Of a DNA stretch of 64,000 bases, positions 18,830-27,100 are shown in pieces. A model generated the notes under the pieces. It ran no database searches. It saw only the letters and a list, made by a program, of their open reading frames with translations, and was not told the DNA's origin. The position numbers and the translations under genes were made by a program. The DNA is from Planctomycetota bacterium (lineage in GTDB: Bacteria; Planctomycetota; Planctomycetia; Pirellulales; UBA1268), in assembly GCA_018970605.1 (NCBI GenBank), contig JAGWWA010000004.1:2289-66288 (forward strand). Direction: 5' to 3'. Every line of letters starts with the position of its first letter. The first letter of the stretch is position 1.

Positions 18830-20769
18830 CCCACTCCGACCGCCGCAGGCACTGCGGCCGGCGCGGCAGGCGCGGCCGCCCGCTTTCGGATCGTGACGGT
18901 GTCGAAGAGCCGCCCGTCGAGGTCGAACGACTTCAACTCCAGCGTCCGGCCGTTGACGGCAGCGAACACAAAGTGGTGGGAGCGACGGACGTTGTTTTGA
19001 AACGGGGGCCGGATCGGCCCCGCCTGCTCGAGCCCGCCGCCACCGCCGCCGGCGATCATGTAGATCGTGCCGTCCTGCTCCACCGGGCGGCCCTCGCGGA
19101 TCGGCCAAGTCCGCTCGTAGGAGTGGATGTGGCCGTTCCAGACCACATCGACGCCGTAGCGGTCGAAGAGTTTCGTCAGCGGGCGAATCCGCATGTCGCC
19201 CCAGGTGCTCTTGCCCTTCCAGAGGTTCCCGTAGTCGTCCTCGTCGGAGGAGTACGACGGGTGGTGGTAGGAGACGAACTTCCAGACCACGTCGGACGTG
19301 CCGCTTCGCTCGGCGCTCTCCAGGGCCGCAAGTTCCCGCTCGAGCCACTGATACTGCTCGCTGTCCGGGCCGACGTTCTTGTTGGAGTCGATCGCGAAGA
19401 AGACCGCGTTGCCGTACCGGAACGAATAGTAGTATTCGGGGGCGGGCACGTTCATGTAGCGATAGTAGTGGTCAGCGTTTTGCTCGTGGTTGCCGATCAC
19501 CGGATACATGCACACGCGAGAGAAGAGCGGGCTCATGCTCGCAAAGAACTCGTCCACCCATTGCCGCTTGATCGGCCCCTGATCGACGAGATCGCCGGGA
19601 ATGAGCAGGAAGTTGGGCCGCAGCCGCCAGATCTGCTCGGCAAGGCTGCCGTTGACCGTCGGATTGCCCTGGGTGTCGCCCATCACGGCGAAGGCGAAGG
19701 GGGTCTCCGGCCGCGATGCGGTCTGAAACGAGCCAACGTCACCTTTGAGCCACGTCTCGCCACCCTCCTCCTGGACCAGCACCTGATAATAGTGCCCGGT
19801 CTCGGCGGCGAGCCCATCGAGAGTGGCGGCATGCAGGAGGCGATCGTCGCTCGTGGCGTCGACATCGCGATCGAATCGGGACGTCTCGCCGAATCGAACC
19901 CGCACCTTCGCTGGTCGGCTCACCTCGCACATCACGCGGATGCTCGTGCCGGTGGCGTACTGCAGGTAGGGCTTCACGAGAAACGAGAAATCACGGGCGG
20001 GGTCGGCCTGGGGTGGCAGTGCGACCCAGGCCGCGTGGTGGCCGTACTCGTGCTCCACCCAGGCGGGCTTCGCGGCCACGTCATAGATCACGGCCTGCCC
20101 GAGCCGGCCATGCATCGGAAACGACTCGTTGGAGTCGGCGTAGGCCCCGAGCACGAGCCGGGCGTCCTTCGGATAGAGAATCGGGCCATGCTGCTCGCCG
20201 GTCTCGGCGTCGAGTTTGCCGTTGACCCACAGCTGCATCGTCTCGCCGTCGTAGACGCCGCAGACGTGATACCAGCGGCTCGGCTCGATCGGCGTCGTGC
20301 CGGTGAGGTAGGTCATTCGACCGTTGCCATCGTCGGCCCCGGCGCTCGCGAGCCCGAAGGTCAAGCAGTGGTCGTTGTAGCCCAGCACCCATCCAGTTTC
20401 CGCGTCGCCGTTGTCCTGAAAGGCCGACACGATGCCGCCGAAGGGGAGCGTCTCGTCGAGGCTCACCAGTGCCGAGACCGTGATCGCGTCGGTCGGCAGC
20501 ACGTCCCGCACAGCCGCCCAATCGCCGTCGGCAACGAACATGTCCTGCGGGCCATCGAGGCGGAGGCACCGCAGCCGGCCGGCCGATTCGGCCGAGGCGT
20601 CGCCGTCGTGCCGCAGGTCGGGGCCGATCTGGGCGTCGAGCCGGCCGTCGCGGAGAAAGGCCCGCTCGAAGAGCCAATGGGCCCGTGGGTCCGGGCCCTC
20701 GTGCGACAGGGCGCGGCCGCCCGACATGACCACCGCCACGGCCGCTGCCAGCCAAAATCTTGCAAGCAT
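18823..20769 (-). CDS. LamG-domain / purple-acid-phosphatase-type metallophosphoesterase, secreted
   Basis: Signal peptide MLARFWLAAAVAVVMSGG. LamG-like block (WYHVCGVYDGETMQLWVNGKL...GRLGQAVIYD). PAP motifs GDTQ, GDLVDQG, GNHE, YHHP, GHIHSYER. Confidence 0.85.
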   Translation of the reverse strand: MLARFWLAAAVAVVMSGGRALSHEGPDPRAHWLFERAFLRDGRLDAQIGPDLRHDGDASAESAGRLRCLRLDGPQDMFVADGDWAAVRDVLPTDAITVSALVSLDETLPFGGIVSAFQDNGDAETGWVLGYNDHCLTFGLASAGADDGNGRMTYLTGTTPIEPSRWYHVCGVYDGETMQLWVNGKLDAETGEQHGPILYPKDARLVLGAYADSNESFPMHGRLGQAVIYDVAAKPAWVEHEYGHHAAWVALPPQADPARDFSFLVKPYLQYATGTSIRVMCEVSRPAKVRVRFGETSRFDRDVDATSDDRLLHAATLDGLAAETGHYYQVLVQEEGGETWLKGDVGSFQTASRPETPFAFAVMGDTQGNPTVNGSLAEQIWRLRPNFLLIPGDLVDQGPIKRQWVDEFFASMSPLFSRVCMYPVIGNHEQNADHYYRYMNVPAPEYYYSFRYGNAVFFAIDSNKNVGPDSEQYQWLERELAALESAERSGTSDVVWKFVSYHHPSYSSDEDDYGNLWKGKSTWGDMRIRPLTKLFDRYGVDVVWNGHIHSYERTWPIREGRPVEQDGTIYMIAGGGGGGLEQAGPIRPPFQNNVRRSHHFVFAAVNGRTLELKSFDLDGRLFDTVTIRKRAAAPAAPAAVPAAVGVGQ

Positions 20770-20822
20770 GGTCTGCCTCCTGCCGCGTCGGCCCGAGTGT
20801 TACAAAGAGCCATCTCGACGGG

Positions 20823-21926
20823 TCACTGTGCCTGGTTTTGCTCACCCAGATTCCGGGAGCCGAGTGCGCTATACGCCGCCGCATCGATCGAGTCCTGCAG
20901 GAACCGCACCGACCCGTCACCGTACGCGAACGCAGCGCCGCCGGGATGACGGCTGCCGAAGCTCAGTTCGTAGGCGGCGAAGGCAGCCGAACCCTCCGCT
21001 ACCCTCGTGGCATTCATGGGAACGCCCGTCGACCCCAGGAACTCGGACATGTCACCCTGATTGTTGGTGTCGACGTCATCGCCGCCAAACGCCCAGTGAT
21101 CCTTGCGGCCAGAGTTGGCGGCGTTGTTCTCCTTCACAATCCCCATGTCGGGCATGGTGATGAGGTCGGGCTCAGCCTCGCCGATCATGATCGTGTTCGA
21201 GGTGCCGTCCTTCACGCTCTGAATTTTTGAACCTGTGACGCCGTACGACTGACCGTTGTACTGGATGCGCTGGTGCGGAATACGGTTAACCATGATCCCA
21301 TCGAGATCCGATATCACCTCGGTCGCAGCGCCCCCCCCCCAAGGCATCGACGCCGTCTGCCGCCGCCGATCGACCGTGATCGTGCCCGAGACGCAACCAA
21401 GGTAGTTACTCGTAGCCCGCTGCTGAACCAGCCAGTTGTCGCCCGAGATGTCAGCCGCATTGGGCGGGAACTGCGACGAAGGGCAGCGGAACGTGGGAAT
21501 CGATTGCTCGCACACGTAGATGTTTCGGTAAAACTTGTTGTAGGCGCGGTTTGTAAGTGCCGCCTGACCCGTGATTCCTGGCACGCCAAAGCCCCACTGG
21601 TAGTTTCCGGTGGCGTCTTCCTGGAAGGTGAGGAGTTCGAAGAGGTTGCTCTGCTCCATGAATGGCAGGATTAACGATGACCACGCTGTGCCGACCTCAA
21701 ACTCGGCCGCCATCGGAAACCCCTTACGAGCATCGTGAAACGAGAGCGTCGCCAAGGCGACCGACTTGATGTTGTTTTGGCAACTCATGCGGCGGGCAGA
21801 CTCCCGAGCCGTCTGCACCGCCGGCAACAGCAGCCCGATAAGCGTGGCGATGATGGCGATCACCACCAAAAGTTCGACGAGCGTAAAACCGTGTAGGGGC
21901 CGGGAGCAGGACGTACCTTGCTCCAT
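20823..21926 (-). CDS. DUF1559 / H-X9-DG prepilin-like protein
   Basis: Start at ATG 21926. Prepilin cleavage/methylation motif [26 protein letters not shown], and C-terminal HPGGAAFAYGDGSVRFL (H-x9-DG). The 915-aa track ORF (to 23570) is a read-through of the antisense of the IS. Confidence 0.88.
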   Translation of the reverse strand: MEQGTSCSRPLHGFTLVELLVVIAIIATLIGLLLPAVQTARESARRMSCQNNIKSVALATLSFHDARKGFPMAAEFEVGTAWSSLILPFMEQSNLFELLTFQEDATGNYQWGFGVPGITGQAALTNRAYNKFYRNIYVCEQSIPTFRCPSSQFPPNAADISGDNWLVQQRATSNYLGCVSGTITVDRRRQTASMPWGGGAATEVISDLDGIMVNRIPHQRIQYNGQSYGVTGSKIQSVKDGTSNTIMIGEAEPDLITMPDMGIVKENNAANSGRKDHWAFGGDDVDTNNQGDMSEFLGSTGVPMNATRVAEGSAAFAAYELSFGSRHPGGAAFAYGDGSVRFLQDSIDAAAYSALGSRNLGEQNQAQ

Positions 21927-23340
21927 AGCGTGAAGTTGTGTTCGACCCCTGACACGGAGTTTACGACCATGAGAATGGATGTGATCGGCTTTGTTACTTT
22001 CATCGGCGTCGATCTGCACAAGTGCACCGTGACGCTCAGAGCGGTGCGAGCCGACGGCGAACTGCTCGGGCAGCTCAAGTGCGACACGAAGTGCATCGAA
22101 CGCATCGCGGAGTGGATCAAGAGCCTCCCGGGCCCGAAGTGGCTGGCCGTCGAGGCGTGTCCGTTCGTCGGGTGGTTCATTGACCGCTTCACTCCCTGCG
22201 TCGATCGCCTGGACATCGCCGACGCCACGGAACTTTCCATGAGAAGGGGGAAGCGGCGGAAGAACGACCCCAACGACGCCCTCGACATTGCGCTGCGGCT
22301 GGCCCGCGGCGAATGCCCGCTGGGTTACATCGCCGACCCGCAGGTCATGCAGCTGCGGAAGTTTGGCCGCCACTGGCGGCAGCTGAGCCGCTCCCTTGCC
22401 AAGGCCAAGCAGGGCATGAAGAGCATGCTCAACGCCGCCAACATCCGCGGCCCACAGTTCGACGGTCCTCGGGCCCATCGCTGGTTCCTCACGTTCGGCG
22501 GCATGCTGCAGCCCGCTCAGCGGTTGGCGTTCGGCAACTACCTCGATCAGATCCTGCTCATCGAGAGACAGCGGGAGATTCTCAGACGCGAGATGCTCAC
22601 CGCGGCCAGGTCGCCGCAGTTTGCGGCGACCGAGCAGTTGCTCAAGAGCGTCCCCGGCATCGGTCCAATCTGGGCACTGATCATCGCCTCGGAGATCGGT
22701 CCCTTCGACCGCTTCCCCAACGCCGACGCCCTCGAGTTCTGGGCCGGCATGACCGCCGACCTCAAGGAGTCGGCCGGCCGCACCCAGAGTGGCAACATCA
22801 CCAAGGCGGGCTCGGCCACCCTGCGCTGGGCCCTCTGCCAAGCTGCCGTCACGCTCTGCCAGAGCGACGCCAAGCAAGAGGCGACGAGACAACGATTCAT
22901 CGCCAGGATGCCGCGGGCCAAGGCCAACGTCGTCATGGGCCGCCGACTCCTGCGGACCCTCTACGCGATGGTGCGTGACGGCAAGGCGTACCAGTGCGGC
23001 GAGCGACGAGACCGAACCAAGGCAGCGAACAAGGCGAAGGCCAAACGGAAGGCACGCACCGTTCAACCAACCTGACAACGACATCTCAGCAGACAAGCAA
23101 GGAGACACAGACTGATCATGCGGCGGTAGCTTTTTGGTGCACCCGCACGTCGGGTGAACCACGTCGAGTCGGTGACCGCGATACGGCTTCATACGGCTCG
23201 GCTGACGATCGCCTGCGGGGCTCGCGCCCCGCAGGCTCCACGGCCATGCCGGGAATGTCAGCCGATGACTGCGACAGCGTGAATTCGGCCCGACCGATGC
23301 GGACATGGTTTTATTCGGCCCGGACTTAGCGTGGCGGCAT
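21927..23340 (+). mobile_element. IS110-family insertion sequence (ends not determinable from one copy)
   Basis: It contains a complete DEDD transposase gene with about 42 nt of 5' flank and about 490 nt of non-coding 3' flank. It is inserted on the opposite strand between two minus-strand genes. The boundaries given are approximate. Confidence 0.5.
21969..23075 (+). CDS. IS110-family DEDD transposase/recombinase
   Basis: FIGVDLHK, LAVEACPF, KNDPNDALDIA (DEDD residues) and the C-terminal VPGIGPIWA...GNITKAGSATLRWAL (Transposase_20-type domain). Start taken at ATG 21969 (MRMDVIG). Confidence 0.9.
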   Translation: MRMDVIGFVTFIGVDLHKCTVTLRAVRADGELLGQLKCDTKCIERIAEWIKSLPGPKWLAVEACPFVGWFIDRFTPCVDRLDIADATELSMRRGKRRKNDPNDALDIALRLARGECPLGYIADPQVMQLRKFGRHWRQLSRSLAKAKQGMKSMLNAANIRGPQFDGPRAHRWFLTFGGMLQPAQRLAFGNYLDQILLIERQREILRREMLTAARSPQFAATEQLLKSVPGIGPIWALIIASEIGPFDRFPNADALEFWAGMTADLKESAGRTQSGNITKAGSATLRWALCQAAVTLCQSDAKQEATRQRFIARMPRAKANVVMGRRLLRTLYAMVRDGKAYQCGERRDRTKAANKAKAKRKARTVQPT

Positions 23341-23386
23341 TGCGACCACCACGACCGGTGACCGCGAAGAGATGAATCCAACCGCC

Positions 23387-23409
23387 CCGCCGCCTCTTCG
23401 AGGCGGCGG
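23387..23409 (-). terminator. 9-bp GC stem-loop (CCGCCGCCT-CTTCG-AGGCGGCGG), possible terminator of the giant-protein/lipoprotein transcript
   Basis: A perfect inverted repeat is visible about 160 nt downstream of the lipoprotein stop. Only a weak T-rich trail follows on the minus strand. It could instead belong to the IS flank. Confidence 0.2.
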
Positions 23410-23566
23410 CGGACGGCACGAGCACACCGCACGATCAGCGACAGAAGCGACGGTTGACCGAAGGCCCCTACATAGCTAAAGCCGCGGCGATTCCTGCTGA
23501 AACCATTGGCGACTCGAAACAAAACCGCCGGGCGCGCGTTGGGCATGGCATCGCCTCGCATGTCGT

Positions 23567-24091
23567 TCACTTTCGTACCGCCGACGCCGGAACATCGAAG
23601 TCGAAGACGTTAGCCTCGCCCTTCCGCACGACGGCCCGTTCCGGCGTCGTGCTCGGCGCGTCGTAGGTATCTGGAAACAGATTCCTTACGCCTCCTTCGA
23701 CTTCGCTCGGCTTGATGTCGGGCGCCAGCGCCTCGCCGGCTTTGTTCACCCACGCAACGAGGGTCACCTTGTATTTCCCTGCCCAGATGCCCTGTTCGCC
23801 CTGTGGATGCTGCATGACGTAGTGGCCATCGAGATCGGTGATGCCGAAACCAAAGCCGTGTCGATTCGGGTCGAAGTGCGTGGCGTCGGGAAAGAAGCCC
23901 ACCTTGCACCCGTTGACCGGCTTCCCGCCGAGTCGGACGGTGCCCTGCACCTGATGCATCGGGGGCTTCCCGCAACCGACGATCGCCGCGACGACGACAA
24001 CCAGCAGGCACACGGCACCGATCCGGCGCCGCAGGGCGTCGCCGAACCGGGCCGATGTATCTCGTTGGAGCATGTCCATGGAGGGCGTCAC
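23567..24091 (-). CDS. small lipoprotein with carboxypeptidase-regulatory-like (transthyretin-like) domain
   Basis: Lipobox AAIVGC, then VQGTVRLGGKPVNGCKVGFFP...ITDLDGHYVM...GKYKVTL, typical of the small partner genes of DUF1559 loci. It lies 12 nt downstream of the giant gene. Confidence 0.7.
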   Translation of the reverse strand: MTPSMDMLQRDTSARFGDALRRRIGAVCLLVVVVAAIVGCGKPPMHQVQGTVRLGGKPVNGCKVGFFPDATHFDPNRHGFGFGITDLDGHYVMQHPQGEQGIWAGKYKVTLVAWVNKAGEALAPDIKPSEVEGGVRNLFPDTYDAPSTTPERAVVRKGEANVFDFDVPASAVRK

Positions 24092-24103
24092 GTGTCCTCC
24101 GTG

Positions 24104-27100
24104 TCAGACCAACGAGAAGGCGGACTTCTTGCGTCCCGTACCGACCTGCGACTCCGCCGCAAACGCGGCAAAGGCGGCTTCGACCGGTGTCACCGACGAA
24201 CCAGACGCAGATGCCGGGGCCTCGGTCGCGGGCAGGTAGTTTCCGACGTCATAGAGGCTGGCACCGAGGAGGTCCGCCAAGTCAAGTTGATCGACGACTC
24301 CATCGTGGTTGAAATCACCGCTGATCCAGTCGGCCGGCGTGCCGGCGTCGAGTTGGCCACTGCCCAGGAAGTTGGCGAGATCGCCAATGTCCACGCTGCC
24401 GTCGAGGTTTGAGTCGCCAGGTGCCGCGTAGCCGACGGTGAATGACCCGCCGTTATCCATCCACCCGAGCGTCCGAGCAGGGGTCGACGCCACGACCGTC
24501 GATGTGAAGCCCGCGATGCCATTCCACGAGCCATCGCCCTTGCCGGCGTTGATCGCGGCCAGGATCGACGTCCGATTCAGGCCCGACTGGGCCGTCAGCT
24601 TGCCTGCCCCGAAGTCGAGGAGGCCACCGGTGGCCAGAACGAGCGAGGTGATGTCAACGGTGCCAGTGCCGACGTCGAGCACCACCTTCGCCCCAGCCTG
24701 GACTTCCAGCGCACCGCTGCCAAGGGCCGCCAGGTTCTTCACGACCAGCGTGCCGGCCGTCACGACCGTGCCACCCGAGTGGGTGTTGGAGCCCGTGAGG
24801 ACGAGCATGCCCGTACCCTGCTTCACGATCCGCTCGGCACCCGAGTGGACGGTCGAGTCCGTCTGGGTCTGGCCAGACGGGACATCGACGATCGTGCCGT
24901 CAGCTCCGACGCGGCCCGGCGAGCCGGTGTCGGCGGCATTGTAGACCGCCGACGTCGGGTGGAGAGCCCCGTCGGTGCCCGCCACCGAGGCACGCCAGTT
25001 CGTGCCCACGTCGGTGTCGCCAGTCAGATTCTTGAGGTAATGGCTCGAGCCGGCCACGTACGCCGGCCACACCGTGCCGTCTTCGGCAAAGTTCGCCGTG
25101 TTGCGGGTCGTGCCCGAAGCATCCTTCAGAACGAACATCTCGTTGACCCGGGTGGGCGAGTTGTCGAGATCACCCCACACCAACCCAACGACTCCCGCCG
25201 TCGCTGGCACGTTCCAGGCCGCGCGGAACTCACTCGCTGTGCCAACCCAGTTGTTGTACAGCACGAGCACACCCCCGGCCGGGATCGTGGTTCCTGCAGG
25301 AATCGCGCCCCACTTGATGGTGTCTTCGTCGTCGAAGTACCAGTTGCCGACATCGGCCGTGCTCGACCCGCGGTTGTAGAGTTCGACCCATTCCGTGGCC
25401 GTGTCTCGGCTGCCGGACTGCGACGAGTCGTACATGATCTCCGAGATCACCACCTCGCCCACGTCGTTGTCGGCGATCGACACGCTCGTGGTCCCGGCGA
25501 CGAAGCTTGCCGCCGTGGCCGTGAACGTCACCGGTCGCGTGCCCCGGTAGCGGGCATCGTTCACGATCGTGATCGGGAACGTCACCGACTCCTGGCCGTT
25601 CGGAATCGTCACCGTGGCGGGCACCGTAGCGGCACCCGTGTCGCTGCTGGCAAGCGTCACGACCAGGTCGCCGACCGTGCCGAGGTTCCTCGTGACCGTG
25701 CCCGTCAGCGGGGCATCACCTTCGGTCGCTGCCGCCGCGGCAGTGACCGTCAGCGTCGCGGCGTCGGCCGTGGTGAAGTTCCACGTCGTCGGCGAGCTGA
25801 TGCCGGGGCTCGGCAGGCCGTCCACGGTGCCCTTCACGATGATATTGTCGATCGCCCACCACCAGTCGTTCGTCCCAGTGTTCGTCCAGCGGAAGACCAT
25901 CGTGCCATCGTCGGGGTTCTGCACCGACACCGTGCGGTGCTCGTTGACGTTGGCAGCCGTTGAGCTGCCGAGCGTGTTGCTCGAGTCGAGCGTCAGCAGA
26001 TTGGTCCAGGTCGCCCCGGCGTCGTAGCTCACGTCGAGGAAGCCCTGCATGTTGTCGGGCGTGTAGGGCGTGAACGAACCGCCACTTTCCGGCCGGAAGC
26101 TCGAGTCAAACTCGAGCGTCACCGAACTGGCGGCCACGGTGGCGAGATTGATCGGCGTGGACAGCAGCTTCGCGTTGAAGCTGTTCTTGGGATAGTAGCC
26201 GTAGTCATCCCACTCGTCGGTGTCGGCCACGGCGACCGTGCCCGAACCGAGCGTGAAGTTCGCCCGGCTCTGGCCACCCTCGGTGGTCCAGAAGTTCTTG
26301 TTGGCGAACGTCCATCCCCGCCACTCCGGCGCCCCGCCGAATGGCATGGCCGAGTTGTCGGTGGTCCAGCCGCCCGGCGGCGTGGCGGTGAACTCCTTGC
26401 CGCCCTGCAAGCCCACCGTCTCGTAGACGGCCGGTCCCAGCGGGAGCAGTTCGAAGTCTTGCTTGAGGAGTTGCACGCCGCTGGTGACAAAGGACGACGC
26501 GCTGAGGACGGCGCCGTTGTCGATCAGGATGTAGTAGTCGGTCAGCTTGACCAAATCGCGGACCGGATTGATCGTCAGCGTGGAGCCGCTGATCGACACC
26601 TCCGCGGAGTTGATGTCGATCATCTTCTCCGCCTTGTTGTCGGAGGACCGGACGATGTAGATGAACCCGTTGCCCTTCTTGATGGCCTGGTCGTAGGTGA
26701 CCACGCCGTTGGCCGAGACGGCCACGGCGGTCGCGTTATCGGCTGGCGAGAAGTTCGTCGGCTTGGGGAAGTCGTCGTCGAGCACCGTCACGGTGGCCGA
26801 GACCGAGAAGAAGTCGGTCGCGGTCGCGGTGATCACCGAGGTCTGAGAACCGTCGGAGAGAAGATCATCGACACCCGAAATCGAGAACGTCACCGACGAC
26901 TGGCCGTCGGGGATCGTCACGGTGGCGGGCACCGTGGCTGCCGTGGTATCGCTGCTGGCGAGCGCCACGACGAGCGCGCCCGACGTGCCGGCGGCGACAT
27001 TGCGGGTGACAGTGCCCGTGGCAACGCCGCCGTTCTCGCTGATCGACGCCGGAGTCAACGTGACCGTGAGGGTCGGGGCTTCGGCCGTGGTCACGCTCCA

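Noticed and set aside
20823-23570. 915-aa minus-strand ORF spanning the DUF1559 gene, the IS and its flank
   Set aside because: Only the C-terminal 368 aa (from ATG 21926) look like a protein, with the prepilin motif right after that Met. The N-terminal 547 aa are the antisense of the IS110 transposase gene and non-coding flank.
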